A DNA stretch of 64,000 bases. It comes from Schizosaccharomyces osmophilus. Taxonomy: Eukaryota. The notes under the pieces are model-generated. The model was given only the letters and a program-made list of their open reading frames with translations, was not told where the DNA came from and searched no databases. Each line of letters begins with the position of its first letter. Within the stretch, counting starts at the first letter, position 1. Position numbers and translations under genes: made by a program. This document shows positions 43,195 to 56,165 of the stretch, piece after piece. The stretch lies in contig NC_079238.1 in NCBI RefSeq assembly GCF_027921745.1, positions 3,720,001 to 3,784,000 on the forward strand. Direction: 5' to 3'.

Positions 43195-43433
43195 TTTAAT
43201 TTTCTACTATTTCTTTTCGTTTTCGTCTTCACTTGGAATTTTTTTTTTTTCAAGTGCTGATGTGAAATACAAATGGGCCCTCATTCGAAAATAAATAACT
43301 CACAAATATTGAATTATGTCGCATGATAGAAAGATCAAGTCCACCACTACCAGAAAGATATTCGGGAAAAGATTAATAATCAATACGGCACTAAGTAGAA
43401 AAGGCAAAGTCACAACGTTATAATATATAACTC

Positions 43434-44279
43434 TCATTTTGGGTAAATGTTCTGTTGATATTGATTAAACATTGGAACATGTTGTTGACCAGAATCAGGT
43501 AATTTTTGCTGCATATTTGAATACATATCTTGACTGTAAACATTTTGTGGAGCATTGTTTAGTTGAATGGTATCGGGAGTAGTCCTTGTGGCTGCCACAG
43601 GAGGACGCATGTCCGTTGAGTTTCGGGCCATCGTTGGATTCATTATAGAGTATTGGGTTTGCGGGTAAGAATTATAAGAGTTCATTAAATCTTGTTGCGA
43701 TCGTAAGGTATTCACGACTGTCGGTGAGGCACGTTGTCCATTGGGATTCGCTCCGTTATCAAAAGATTTGTTTGGAAAAGAATTATCCAAGCTTGTAGAG
43801 TTAAAATGACCGTAAGGTGAGTTCTGAGGATTGGACTCTGCATTTTGTACTGGGTAAGAAGGTGCTTTGGATTGCGACTTTTGAAACATCTGTCGAAGCA
43901 CCTCATAATGAGGTTCTAAATAAGGCATGCCTTCAGGGCAAGTCAAAGGAGGTAACGTGGTTTGTGTTTGTCGCCCTGAAGCCAAAGACGCCAAGAATGC
44001 AAGGTTGTCTTTGATGCGTCTCATGTACCTATTATTTAGTTAGCTGTTTTGGTCCTTTCGGATCTCCTTTAAATCTTGCAAATCGTATCTAGCACATTTA
44101 TATTACCTTGTAAGCATTATAGCCATTTTACTCTGTATGTCTGCATCGCTAGCGTACAATTTTTTTATCTGATGTAACTCGGCACATCTCCATAACAGAT
44201 GGCTATTTATTTCAAGTAGTTTGTTCAATCGTTCATGATCCTGTAAAGTTGTACTCACGTTACCGCTAGCCGTATTCAT
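43434..44279 (-). CDS. snf30: SWI/SNF subunit Snf30 (SS18/SSXT-like N-terminus); intron 44029-44106
   Basis: Spliced N-terminus ...LNKLLEINSHLL...YMRRIKDNLAFLASLA, Q/N/P-rich tail, synteny. Confidence 0.75.
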
Positions 44280-44963
44280 ATTTTCCTTTTTTTATCGTTG
44301 CCTGAAAAACCAAACTTCAACCACAGTGATACGTCTAAAGTATGGATAAATAATTTATAATAAAAGCAGAATCTCCATAAAATCCGAGTATATAATCTTG
44401 TACAAAGGAAAGTTATAATTCAAGGAATTGGCCAAAACGTAGGGTTTAATTATACGGAAATATTCAAAACTCACAAAAAATCGGCATTGGCTTTCAATGT
44501 TTTATATTTCATATTTTATTAAGTAAACAATAACATTAAAATTTTAAATGCTAAGTATAGGATGCTTGCTGATTACCAAAAGTTTTGAAACAAGGGGATT
44601 AGCTTGTTAGTTTTCGTGGTATATGTTAAATGAAATCCCTTCATAAAGCAGCTCGCATCAAAAAAACGTAGACTCATTCATACAAAACAAGAATGAAACC
44701 AATTTCATAAACGAATAAAAGACTAAATAATGAGGATGAACAATAGATTCATCATGTATTATTTAAAAAGATAACTAAACAAGTAAAGTAAACCTAGGAG
44801 TGCTTGTAGTTGAAGAAAATCCTCTTATGTAAACACACTTGAAAGGTAGATGGTCAATTTCGAAATGAATAGAGTAATAGGCAGATCCTCCAAAAGAATT
44901 AATAAATAGATATTTTATAAAAGAATGTACATCTGATAACGAAGTGTTCCTGAATATAGCTTT

Positions 44964-47450
44964 TCATTTTATTTTTTCGTAGAAAAGCATATAAGCTTCC
45001 ACCTTAGAAACCTCTTCCCAGGTAGTTTTCGAGACCATATTGTCACTTATGTATAACCATTGACGTTCTTTGCTTCCTGGTTCTGTTTCAGATTCCGGCG
45101 TTTCAGATGTTGGAGACGCAGACCTATCCGCTGGAACATGCTTGTGAGACAACACATAAGCGACGTAATGGCCGTAATTCAATGTCCCTGAATGGGTAAC
45201 GACACCAAACAATCTATACTTATTCCCTTCTAATGATTGTAGCGTGGGCATAACAAACTCGTTGACGTCTAGTTCTTGGTCAAACTGTACAAACCCAGTG
45301 ATTTTTTTTGGATCGCAACTTCCATCAGCCGAAAAATAGTGATGAAACCGCTTCAAGTGAATCACAAACACGGGTGGTAACGGTGAATCAATTAAGAGTC
45401 GCTTATAAGCTTCCCGATAAGTGAAATCCACAGAACAATCGCAAGCACTTTCATCTTCAGTGTTTTCTTGCGATACACTATTATGATTAGAGGAAGATTT
45501 ACAGTCGCAACTACGACCACAAGACTCGCAAGCAAACATATTGTCGCCACTTAACTCTTCTATGCGAGTAAAGTTGCGTAAACAGTCAACAATGGTATTT
45601 GGCTCATTTATACAAGAACTATTGGCAATCATTGATTCTGGAAAAATGAGAGATGATAAATTGTTAGACTGTTTTTGCGACCGACGAGAATAATTAGATC
45701 GATTACTCAACCTCCGAAAACTTTGAAAATATGAACTACCGGCTGATTTTTCATCCTCAGCGGAATGTTCATTAGGCGTCTCAGACTTATCTCCCTGGGA
45801 GTCATCAGCCTTATTTTTTTCGTTTTCAGGATTAACATCATCAATTATAATTTTTACGTCTGGTACCCCAGTTGGTTTCTTTGGTGATCTTCCAAAACGA
45901 GACCGCAGCGCACGATGTAAGCGATGACGCTTGCTCAAGCTTTTTGAATGCGCATGTATAGATAAAGAGAAGTCTTGTGTAGGCTCATAGCTTTTGCTAA
46001 CTTCCTTGCAGTTTTTACATAAAATAAGACTTACAAGGCGACCTGTGAATGAAGAATCTATCACTGTATGAGCAGAATCTTCATCTAGAATCATCGAAAC
46101 TTCAGAATCATTTGCAAAAGATGCTGCAGACTTGTCAAACTTTGGAGAGTGATTATTTATCTTGTTAATTCCATCATGGGAGGAATCTTCCTGCGAGTGA
46201 AGGTTAAAATCTCGTCTATTATCCCTTTTGAAAGGATTGTTGGAACCAGTTATGACGAAGTCTTCGTCTGGCTTTGTTTCACTTATGTTGACAATGCTTG
46301 ATTGAATAGAGTCAATTTTTTTTAACGAATGATCCTCCTTGCTTACACAAGGAATAGGAGAAGTACTAGGGGAATGTGTATACGAAGAAGCAGAATTAGC
46401 GCCCACAATGGGGGAGTCCTCTTTTATAGGAGTAGCCAAAGGACTGGCAGACTTATGGTTATTGTTTGATTGATGTCCATTCTCAGAAGGAACTTTTGAA
46501 TGCGATTGGAGCAAAGGTGGCTCAATATTGTTAGCGGCTTTAGCAACTTCTTTTTCCTCATTTATTAAATCATTAAGTAAGTACCTTAGAAGTTCATGCG
46601 CGTCCTGTTGAACTCCCTCAGTAAACTGAGGATGACGGGATCGAAATTCGCTAAATAAAATTCCTGGGCGAAAAACGGTTACGGATCCGTCCGCTTTGTA
46701 AAAGGATTCCATAAACCTTACAAATGAGGAAAGCAACGAAGAATCTAAATGATTTTCGAAATGTAACTTTGGATCCCTATCTGGATGGAAAGGATGCCGA
46801 CTAATACAGTCGTGAAGGTGTTCAGATGAAGATAAGACTTGCAAAACAGAATTAAAGTAGCATGTTGCACCCATGTTTTTTAAACCAGGATGAATGATAT
46901 GCAGCTTTGGAGAGGAAGAGGATTTGAAAAAATGTTTCGAAAAAGTGGATGATTTTTCCTGAGACTTTGCATTTAGTGAAGTATCTGGTGAAATATCTTG
47001 TTGCTCAGAGGAAACAGAAGAGACAAGGTTGGTGCGGATAAACTGAGAAACGTCTCGAATTACCATGTTCTTTTTGTCGAAGGGAAGGACCTCCATGTTG
47101 CATGCATAACAGAAGCTTTTCAGTGTTATGATATTTACGAAAACAGAGTGCTTGTTATTTTTCTTATAGTGAGTTAGCGAATGATTATCATTGTGGGCAC
47201 AAAATAAATAGCCACAATTAGTACAAATATTTAGTTCATAATCCTCATTCGTCCTTGAACCGACCGCACAAAGGAGGCATAAGTGCTTGCTTGGGTCACG
47301 AAGAGTCCGGGCGTTATTCTTGATATAAGAAAGTTTCACGCCCTTTTTTAAATGCAAACATGATTTCACTTGGGAAATCATTTCCTCTCTAGTAGATAGC
47401 TGAGAAGCTTCTTCTCGTATCTGCATCGATAAGGCTTCGTGTGTATTCAT
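44964..47450 (-). CDS. ubp7: Ubiquitin C-terminal hydrolase with ZnF-UBP (USP16/45-like)
   Basis: GLKNMGATCYFNSVLQ Cys box, QQDAHELL and HSGTLNYGHYVAY His box. Confidence 0.88.
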   Translation of the reverse strand: MNTHEALSMQIREEASQLSTREEMISQVKSCLHLKKGVKLSYIKNNARTLRDPSKHLCLLCAVGSRTNEDYELNICTNCGYLFCAHNDNHSLTHYKKNNKHSVFVNIITLKSFCYACNMEVLPFDKKNMVIRDVSQFIRTNLVSSVSSEQQDISPDTSLNAKSQEKSSTFSKHFFKSSSSPKLHIIHPGLKNMGATCYFNSVLQVLSSSEHLHDCISRHPFHPDRDPKLHFENHLDSSLLSSFVRFMESFYKADGSVTVFRPGILFSEFRSRHPQFTEGVQQDAHELLRYLLNDLINEEKEVAKAANNIEPPLLQSHSKVPSENGHQSNNNHKSASPLATPIKEDSPIVGANSASSYTHSPSTSPIPCVSKEDHSLKKIDSIQSSIVNISETKPDEDFVITGSNNPFKRDNRRDFNLHSQEDSSHDGINKINNHSPKFDKSAASFANDSEVSMILDEDSAHTVIDSSFTGRLVSLILCKNCKEVSKSYEPTQDFSLSIHAHSKSLSKRHRLHRALRSRFGRSPKKPTGVPDVKIIIDDVNPENEKNKADDSQGDKSETPNEHSAEDEKSAGSSYFQSFRRLSNRSNYSRRSQKQSNNLSSLIFPESMIANSSCINEPNTIVDCLRNFTRIEELSGDNMFACESCGRSCDCKSSSNHNSVSQENTEDESACDCSVDFTYREAYKRLLIDSPLPPVFVIHLKRFHHYFSADGSCDPKKITGFVQFDQELDVNEFVMPTLQSLEGNKYRLFGVVTHSGTLNYGHYVAYVLSHKHVPADRSASPTSETPESETEPGSKERQWLYISDNMVSKTTWEEVSKVEAYMLFYEKIK

Positions 47451-48369
47451 TGCAATCAACAAAGAATTTGTAAAATAAAATTATAGATAAAAATCAACGG
47501 AAATGAGTATAAGCAGGAGCAAGTCTAATACTTTAATGTGCACTGCAGATAACTATGTGTAATGTCGGGATATCGTTTGAAAAACCTATGACAGGTCAAC
47601 AGGCTTCTGGGAAAGGAAAAAATAAATGAAATAACAGTAAAGAGAGCACCACCAAGACAACAGATTTTCGCGAAACTCGATCGAATTTTCGGAAACCAGT
47701 TGTTTTAAAAGTAAGAAGATATTATAGAAACTGTGCACCAGCGAGCCAGCAAGTAACCAAAAGAATGAACAAAATTCCCAAGCTCTACCAAATAGAATAT
47801 TCCTGTAAATTCAATTCAAGAATCGAGCAAAGGTAAGGTACAAGTATGGTGAAGGAATCCAACCAGACAACAAAATCAGCGATTTTATTATAAATCGTCT
47901 TTAAAGATAATATGAAAAGTGAGCCATTCAAAATCCTTTTTCCAAATTCAAGTATAACACGCAAATCGCGAATTAAAAGGAATGAAAAGTAGAAAATGTA
48001 GCTCACAGGGACGCTCTTGGATGAAACTTTACCCTACAAAAAACAAAATTTCAAAATCAGACACGGGAGACTCCAATTTCCTCAAGGATTCACTGAAACT
48101 ACTCAAAGTCAGTAAACAATGAGCGTTTGCAGTAGTCAAACTGATTCAAGTTACTAATAACTTTATTTACAGGTTCAGATGACTCTAATGAGGCATAAAG
48201 TAATTTCCTATCTTTTATTTAAGGTACTTGAGTGGAGTAAGGGTAAGGCACAATTATGACTAGATTTGAATAAAATCGAAGCTGAACAGAGCAAGCATCG
48301 GGAATCAGAAATTGGAAGGAAAAGGCAAAAGCATTGACATTTAACCATTGAGTTTTCATTATTTATTTA

Positions 48370-49482
48370 ATGGATTATAATAATGATAATATGAAAAGAT
48401 ATGGAGACGACGAAGAGGCACCGCAAGTGAAACGTACGAGAAATGACGATTATCAAGAGTATCCAGCATACGTGAGTGGTAGAAAGCCTTCTTTTGGAGG
48501 CAATCAAGGCTCTGGAGTCGGTAAACTACATTATGGGCCTTCTCGGCCTGGAAATGTCCCTTCGTCCTCAGGAGCTGCCGGCAACACAGCTGCCACCGGG
48601 GATCGTCAGGAAGCAGACCAATTACAGGATGCTTTGATATCGTGTGGTATTCAATTAAAAGAAGAAGAGCTAAACCTTTCCACGTCCTATTATGATCCAG
48701 CATCTCTAAATACCTTTGCACTTTCATCTGAAGATCGATCGAAGAAATGCGACTTTTTAAATTCATACACCTTGATGCAAACAGTCAGCAGTATTGTAAA
48801 TTTGCATCGATTGAAGAGTATGGATACAGATATTCACGCGCTCATCTCTATGGCAGTACGCGATTACATGGCCAATTTGTTACAGAGAATGATTGTCGAA
48901 AGCAATCATCGTACTGCTCGAATTGATACGAAAAATAATTTACAACTTGATAATGTTCGCCAAACATTAGCGAATTCTGCTTACAAGGAATACGAAAGTG
49001 AAGAGCGAAGACGTGCTGTCTTGAATGTCCGTCGAGCTGAACATGAAGCTAGACTTGCCGAGTTAAATACAAATCCAAATAGTGAAGAAGGGTCTTCCAG
49101 CCGACGTAGAAAAGAGCAAAGCTCTTCGGCTGCCGCAAAAAATATCTCAGAAGATGCCCAGAACAGAATGACGAATGCCACCGCTAGTATTATGGCAGGA
49201 AGTGCCTTACCTTCTGGTGGTAAGAAATACTCTTGGATGGCCACAGACATAACTCCGGCTGCCCCTGCCATAGGAGGTGGTTTTGGAATTCGAAAAAAGG
49301 AAAACAACACTCATAAAATGATGGCTCGTGATGGTACATTACCTATTCAAACCGAAGAGAAAGGCGTCATTAGCATTCGCGATGCACTTGCCATTCTCGA
49401 AATGGATCGTGATGGTGCTGGTCGCATCTTCGGAAGAGGAGCTCGAGCGATGATGCGAGCATACATTCGTCTAAAGGACTAG
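48370..49482 (+). CDS. taf4: TFIID subunit Taf4
   Basis: DALISCGIQLKEEE, histone-fold region, RMTNATASIMAG..KKYSWM and ISIRDALAILE. Confidence 0.88.
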   Translation: MDYNNDNMKRYGDDEEAPQVKRTRNDDYQEYPAYVSGRKPSFGGNQGSGVGKLHYGPSRPGNVPSSSGAAGNTAATGDRQEADQLQDALISCGIQLKEEELNLSTSYYDPASLNTFALSSEDRSKKCDFLNSYTLMQTVSSIVNLHRLKSMDTDIHALISMAVRDYMANLLQRMIVESNHRTARIDTKNNLQLDNVRQTLANSAYKEYESEERRRAVLNVRRAEHEARLAELNTNPNSEEGSSSRRRKEQSSSAAAKNISEDAQNRMTNATASIMAGSALPSGGKKYSWMATDITPAAPAIGGGFGIRKKENNTHKMMARDGTLPIQTEEKGVISIRDALAILEMDRDGAGRIFGRGARAMMRAYIRLKD

Positions 49483-49749
49483 AAAATTTAATTCTTCTGT
49501 TGATTTTCTATTTTTTCTTTACAGGAGTGTTGTCATGGTCGGTTTTTGATTATTCTTATGAAGTATGAAGTTCTGTGTTTGCAATGGCTTTTTGATAGGT
49601 AGATGATTCCTTTTATTGTTACATGCTAGTTTTCATGTATGTATATGTGACTATATACATGCATGTGTTTTATTATACAATGACATTTCGTTTTTAATTC
49701 AGAGATCTAATATATAGCTAATGCGTTGGTGGTTCGAATCCATGACTTT

Positions 49750-51229
49750 TTATTTCCTAGTAGATGCATTAAGAATTTCTTGCTGTTTTTTGCTGTTTAA
49801 TCTATTTAAAAAATGAAAAGCGCTTTCCTCAACCCAAGGTTGTTGGTAGTATTTTGAGTCTCTTTTTTCAGCAATATTTGTTTCAGAGCCATCCAAAATA
49901 ACTTCCAAATCCTTACTTTGAGATTCAGTCCATCGATGAATGAACAGTACAGGGTCCTCTGAAAATTGTCGCATAAAATCATGTTTTGATTTGGAATAAT
50001 GGATAGCTTCAATAAAGCTTGAAATCTTCTCATCGAGAATTTTGATTTCATTTTGGTTCATCACATTAGTCAAGAATGTCCGAGTTTGGGTTTGCTTGGG
50101 ATCGTCCGCATTAACAAAAACGTCAAAGGTTTCAAATGGCTTGTCTGACTCTTCATTCACACTAAAACTGTGTTAATCATCAATCATCTGATTTAAAAAA
50201 CATACTTTAATCCAAACGATAAAACAATAGGATCGAGTGGTTCCAAGAACCGGTTCATCAGCTCGGGTATTCTAGGAAAGTAAAGTCTGTCTGTTTCAAA
50301 AAGCTAAAAAATTAACAACGAAAATTATCTTAAAAAAAACTTACGTCTCTTAATCCTTTGTCGCAGTTGATTAAACGCTTTTCTTCCAAATCCTGAAGTC
50401 GATGAAACTAAATTGGTGTTAATGTCTGCTAGAGAAAAAGGTGAAAGGCAAATTTCCATCTAGATTGCAAGACTTACCTTGATGTACTGCCATAAAGCCG
50501 CGACAATGATAGGACGTGTTCCCTCTTTGATTCCCAAGAGATTGGCGAATGCATTGGATAATTTGTAGCGTTCAGGATGCTCATCGGGATACAAAAGTAT
50601 ACTTATATTTACATTCTGATCTCCGTTTCTCTTTATTCTGAGCTCATTTGCCAAATTGGCGCCATTTGAAAGCTTATTCCATTCTACGTAATTACTTTCC
50701 GGATACAATTCCTCTGAGCGATGTACTTGAAAAGCAATTTTTTTGAATAATGTGGTGAAAGGTATTTCATCTAATTGGTTCTTGTCTTCTTCATTTCCCT
50801 GCTTCTGTTAGTCAAAGTTGAACCAAAGTTGGGAATATCTCAACATACAGGAATCAATCTTCCTTCCATATGAATTGTCCAAGAAGGAACAGAAAGAGAA
50901 GTTAAATCGTTAGATTGAATATTATTTTTTTCATGAAGATTTTGAAAGGCTTGATTTTCTAGAGTTTTACGAATGAAAATCCGTACTGCTCTGGTCTTTT
51001 TTGACTGACGACTAAGAGAATCCTGTAAATCGAAGCGTTTTCGCACAATTAATGAGTCTAAACGTTTCTCAATTTCCTGTAGTTCAACATATTGATTTGC
51101 TTCTGGGATAGTTTCCAAAAGTTTCTCAGGGATTTCACGTTCTATGAGTCGAATCTCTTTTTTTAGCTCACCTGCTTCTTTGGCATCTCGTTCATTGATT
51201 TTACCATTTTGATTAGGATTTCCTGACAT
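49750..51229 (-). CDS. ssr3: SWI/SNF-RSC subunit Ssr3 (BAF60/SWIB domain), multi-exon
   Basis: Exonic ORFs with EKRLDSLIVRKR, WTIHMEGRL, SWIB-like LGIKEGTRPIIVAALWQYIK and FSEDPVLFIHRWTESQSKDL. Confidence 0.85.
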
Positions 51230-51697
51230 GAATTCTAAAATTAAATGAAAAGAACGACCAAATTCGCTGGTTCGTCCGAATTTTTAGAAACTTGGAAAAC
51301 TGTATCGTTGGATGGTTGTATTTGACTACGAAGGACCGATGGTGTTGAGTAAGTGGATCCATTTCCCTCCTAAATAATATGAAAATTCTCGACATATATT
51401 ATTTTTGTTGAATTATTGAGAATTTCTACTTTAGTTTGATACCCATTTCTGTCTGTTTACGATGGTACATCATGGCCATTGCTAGCACCCTAAAAGGTCG
51501 GGCATTTTATAGTCTTTTGAGACGAAATTTATATTTAAATGCTTTCTTTAAAAAGAAATACATAGTGATTTCCGAGATATGTTTATAAAATAGCCTTCTT
51601 TCACTTTGAATCGCCAATTTACTGAAGTAACACTGTAACTTGTAAGTTTCTTCCATGAAATAAGCAGCAGAGGCGATAGCAAGCAGCTACCAACAAC

Positions 51698-53058
51698 ATG
51701 TCGTCAAACGCCAGCATTGAACAAGCAGGAGCTGAGCTAAAAAGCAAGAACTTTGCGAAAGCAGAGATCATCTATAGGGAGATTCTTCAAAAAGATGTAA
51801 AGAAAGATGACTCTCTAATTAACGAGCAAGAACAAGCGATAATCGGCTTGAGCGATCTCTATGTTGCTGAAAAGTAAGAAATAAATAAGCCCTAGTGTGA
51901 GGAGTGTTGCTGACAATTTAGTCGTCATGGAGATTTAGCTAAATTCGTGCAAGAAGTTAGACCGTTGATGTCGAATTTTTCGAAAGCCAAATCAGCAAAA
52001 ATTAGTAAGTTGCTCGAAAATACTCTTGCAGGATCGTTAACACAACTCTAGTTCGTACATTGATCGATAAGTTTTCCGGTGCGAAAAGTTCACTACTTTT
52101 GCAAATTGAAGTCACGAAAAGCTGTAGGGAATGGGCTATTGACGAAAAGCGAACCTTTCTTCGTCAAGCCTTAGACACGAAGCTTATTTCTTTATATTAT
52201 GAAAATAGCTCTTATACCGATGCCATCAACCTAACGAATACTATTCTTTTTGAACTCAAAAGGATGGATGATAAAATGCTTCTCACGGAAGTTCATTTAC
52301 TAGAATCTAGAGTTTATCATGCCATTCGAAACATTCCCAAAGCTCGTGCTTCCCTTACCGCTGCTCGTACGGCCGCTAATGCCATATACTGCCCTGCTGC
52401 CCTTCAAGCCAGCTTAGATATGCAAAGCGGTATTTTACATGCTGAAGAGGCAGACTTTAAAACCGCTTACTCCTATTTTTATGAAGCTTATGAAGGTTAC
52501 AACTCATTGGACGACGTGAAAAAGGCTCTTTCTTCTTTCAAATATATGCTACTTTCTCAGATCATGTTAAACTCTATATCTGAGGTAAAATCTTTGTTAA
52601 CAGGAAAGCACTCTGTGAAGTACTCTGGAAGGGAGATAGACGCCATGCGTGCTGTCGCCCAAGCTCATGAAAATCGTTCTCTCGCTGAATTTGAAAAGGC
52701 CTTACAAGACTTCAAGCAAGAATTGGCCTCTGATCCTATAATCCGTTCTCATCTTAGCACTTTATATGATAACCTCTTAGAACAAAACTTACTTCGTGTC
52801 GTAGAACCTTACAGTCGCATCGAAGTTTCACACATTGCCAATTTGATTGGTCTTTCTACCGTACAAGTTGAAGGTAAACTTAGTCAAATGATTTTAGACA
52901 AAGTGTTTTATGGAATTCTTGATCAAGGTAGCGGCGTCTTAATTGTCTTTGATGAACCCCAACAAGATAAAACTTACGAGGCTGCTTTGGAGGTCATTAA
53001 GAACATGGGAACAGTTGTTGATCTTTTAATTGAAAACAAAGCTTCTGCTTTACTTTAA
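51698..53058 (+). CDS. rpn6: 26S proteasome lid subunit Rpn6; introns 51874-51921 and 52005-52051
   Basis: [21 protein letters not shown] and PCI domain ([17 protein letters not shown]). Confidence 0.95.
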
Positions 53059-53207
53059 AATGTTATTTTTCATTTTTCATGAGCCCAAATAAATAATCTC
53101 TTATTCAAAATATTCTCGTGTATATTTATATTTAAATGACAAAAAACTAGATTCGTATTGATAGTGTAATAGAGTTTATGTACGAATTTTACAAAAGACT
53201 CTTTTTT

Positions 53208-56165
53208 TTAGTCTGCAGCAGCAGAATTGGTATCCACATCTTCCTCAATGATTAAACCCATTGAAGGATTATCTTCTTCAACCCCAGCATCATATTGTAC
53301 TGCCCGCCAACCAACTTCAGCATCAGAGTCACGCACCAAATCAAGAGTAGGGAAATAGTGCTCATTCATTTTAATGGTCAAAATAACGGGTACCTTGTCA
53401 AACGTTACTGTACTCACCCTTACATACGAATTATCCCGAACTTTGCGAACTTCACGAACAAAACTTTCAAGGTCTAAAGTAGGGACACCATTGATGGCAG
53501 TGATAAATTGAGCAATACCCAAGTCATACTGATCCGCAGGTGAGCCTCTACTGCGATTTGTGACAAATACATTAGACGGTAGGCCCTCACATTGGAGACG
53601 AACAGCTCTGTGTGGAGCTTGAATCGTAGCACCCCAGCATATAATCACCCTATTTGTTTCACAGTTTTCGGTAGAGAAAGTAGGTACCTTAATATTCACT
53701 TCCTTTCCTTCACGAAGAATGTCCATCTCTATTTCTTCAACATCTTCAGCTTCAATATCCTGAACACGCGTCACAGGTTTTCCGTTAGCGCTTAAAATTA
53801 CATCTCCATCAGTTAAAACACGAGGAGTATTTGCCTCAACATGAGTAATCATAAAGAGTTGATGGCGCTTTTCGTTTGCACTTTCAATCTGCTGTATACG
53901 TTCGGCGGATAATCCCATACTCCTCGCATGAGCTAATTGAATAGCACGGAATTCTACATTTAAAATTCTGATATGTGGGTTAACATTATCCTGTAATCGT
54001 CTTAGGGTTGATAAGACGACAGGAGATGCCAAACCTAGATGATACTTCACATCGGTACCGCGGCTTGTCTGCTCACCATAGTGGGTAAGCCAAAGAGCAA
54101 CAACTTGGCCTTCGTCGTCTGTTAGGACACCGGATCCACATTGTGATCCGAGACCAGATTCAATAGTTATTGACTCGAAATTGACAGCTCTGAATCGTGG
54201 CATTGGATTGGGAGGAATAACCATAGTGATAACGTCGGTCACGGAGGTCCTTGTAGCGACAACTCTAGATTTGGAATTGAATCCAAAGAAATTTACGTTA
54301 TCGCCTTGAGAGACATAATGGTTGCGCAACTCGGCCGCCTTGATAGGAGTTTCACCTAACAATTTGGGATCGTATTTAATAAAAGTTAAGTTTTGGGTTG
54401 GGTGAAGATGTAAAACCTCAGCTGGAATTTGTATAGAATCGGCAACCGTGATCGTCAAATCTCCCAAAGCATAAGGCACAGTGCATCGGCTTGTGACGGC
54501 AATACCATTTTCCTTATCCAAAACTAGAGCAGTTCCTTGTTTTCTACTTTTTCGATAGCCATCCAAATGAATGGGCATATAACAAGTAATTTTAACAAAG
54601 CAATTATTGATGTCAGCAGTAGGGCCAAAGTTCTCCACATTAAGTTTGGGAATAGATGTGGTGCATGGAACGTTAGGTTTTGCAGGTAAAGGATCACCAA
54701 GATTTTGGAAGTCCCAGAAACCACTTTCGTCATTTCTAGTAGCTAAACGAAAAGCTTTAGCCCAATGACGGTCGACTTCAATGACATCTGTAACCAAAGA
54801 GTGTTTGTCGTGAATAAAACGATAGCCAACAGCAACACGCGAACGGTCAGGAATGGTCTTCATGACATTGATGAAGGCATCTAAGTCGGGAACCGGTTTA
54901 TACGCCACACTTTCAAGCAAATAGCAGTATTCTGGACCTTCCAAACGGAAAGAACCAGCAGGCTCACTAATAAAAACACCTTTTACTGGCAAGGCATATT
55001 GACGAGCAAGTTGGTAGGATAGGTTATGGAATTTTGCACCACAAACTTCTACATACTTGTCAGGAGCAATATCATGAGTACTTTGCACTCTGCAGGTGAC
55101 GTCCACTTTGTTGTTTCCACGTTGAACGGTAAGAACAATGTCTTGACCGATGGATTCATCTAAAATGCTTTCCAACTCAATAAGATCAATCAAGTATTTT
55201 GAATTCAGATGAAGAAGAATATCACCTTCATGTAATTTATTGTGAGAAGGTCCTTCAGGAAGCACCGTTTCAACGACCAACATGCTTGTCGCACCGGGAA
55301 ACAGACCTCTAACTTGTTCTTCAATTGCTGTATCCAATCCTAAGCGAGAGCATTCGTCAAAAGGCTTGATCAAAAACTGGGCTTGAATACTACCTCTAGT
55401 GATAGGTTTCTTGTTTTGAAGGCATCGTAAAGCGCGTAATGGGCGGTCCAATGGTAAAAAGTAATCGGTAGCTGCAATCATGTGACCACCTGCTTGTAAA
55501 GCAACGACATTCCCGTTCCTTTCTACAACGGGACTTCCGCTTGAGCCACCGCTTGCGTTGGCAGCAGCTTGAATATAGTTTGTGTTGAAGTCACAGTACG
55601 TTAATTCACCATAGTCGGGAACATTACGATCAACTCGGGAAATCCAACCAGCTAGAATACTCAACTTTTCAGCAGCATCATTACCAATAACACGAATCTC
55701 TGCGCCCACTTTGGCCAAATCGGGACGCAATTCCAATTGTTCCACGTTCATGTAACGAATTCGTTTGGGGTCGAATCGCAAAAATCCAAAATCATGAACT
55801 GGATCGCGATAAGCAGGGTATACCTCAACTTCTTCATGATTATCCAGAATTGCATGTCCGATAAAGGGACCTGCACACACAACGTGTCGGTTGGTTAACA
55901 TATAACCATTTTTAGCATCCACGATGAATGCACTAGCTTCTCCTGTGCCAGATTCATCCGTATCAAATGAAGCAACCTGACTGAAGCGAATAGAAACAAC
56001 GCAACGGACTACACGAGCAATTGATTCCTTCCACTTCCCACTTTCAGCAAGATGTGAAGTTGGAGCTGCTTCTGCTGCAGGTTCGTATAATCCATTCATT
56101 TTTGGCATTTTGTCATCATTTTCTTGAACCACAGAATTCGCTCTAGCTCTTTTCTTTAAAGACAT
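53208..56165 (-). CDS. HtrA-like serine protease with PDZ domains (Nma111/Ynm3 family)
   Basis: LTNRHVV, DPVHDFGF and ASGGSSGSPV catalytic motifs; duplicated protease-PDZ architecture. Confidence 0.92.
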   Translation of the reverse strand: MSLKKRARANSVVQENDDKMPKMNGLYEPAAEAAPTSHLAESGKWKESIARVVRCVVSIRFSQVASFDTDESGTGEASAFIVDAKNGYMLTNRHVVCAGPFIGHAILDNHEEVEVYPAYRDPVHDFGFLRFDPKRIRYMNVEQLELRPDLAKVGAEIRVIGNDAAEKLSILAGWISRVDRNVPDYGELTYCDFNTNYIQAAANASGGSSGSPVVERNGNVVALQAGGHMIAATDYFLPLDRPLRALRCLQNKKPITRGSIQAQFLIKPFDECSRLGLDTAIEEQVRGLFPGATSMLVVETVLPEGPSHNKLHEGDILLHLNSKYLIDLIELESILDESIGQDIVLTVQRGNNKVDVTCRVQSTHDIAPDKYVEVCGAKFHNLSYQLARQYALPVKGVFISEPAGSFRLEGPEYCYLLESVAYKPVPDLDAFINVMKTIPDRSRVAVGYRFIHDKHSLVTDVIEVDRHWAKAFRLATRNDESGFWDFQNLGDPLPAKPNVPCTTSIPKLNVENFGPTADINNCFVKITCYMPIHLDGYRKSRKQGTALVLDKENGIAVTSRCTVPYALGDLTITVADSIQIPAEVLHLHPTQNLTFIKYDPKLLGETPIKAAELRNHYVSQGDNVNFFGFNSKSRVVATRTSVTDVITMVIPPNPMPRFRAVNFESITIESGLGSQCGSGVLTDDEGQVVALWLTHYGEQTSRGTDVKYHLGLASPVVLSTLRRLQDNVNPHIRILNVEFRAIQLAHARSMGLSAERIQQIESANEKRHQLFMITHVEANTPRVLTDGDVILSANGKPVTRVQDIEAEDVEEIEMDILREGKEVNIKVPTFSTENCETNRVIICWGATIQAPHRAVRLQCEGLPSNVFVTNRSRGSPADQYDLGIAQFITAINGVPTLDLESFVREVRKVRDNSYVRVSTVTFDKVPVILTIKMNEHYFPTLDLVRDSDAEVGWRAVQYDAGVEEDNPSMGLIIEEDVDTNSAAAD

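Noticed and set aside
44931..44939. Isolated ATCTGATAA
   Set aside because: A single site just downstream of the ubp7 stop with no iron-related gene nearby; likely chance.
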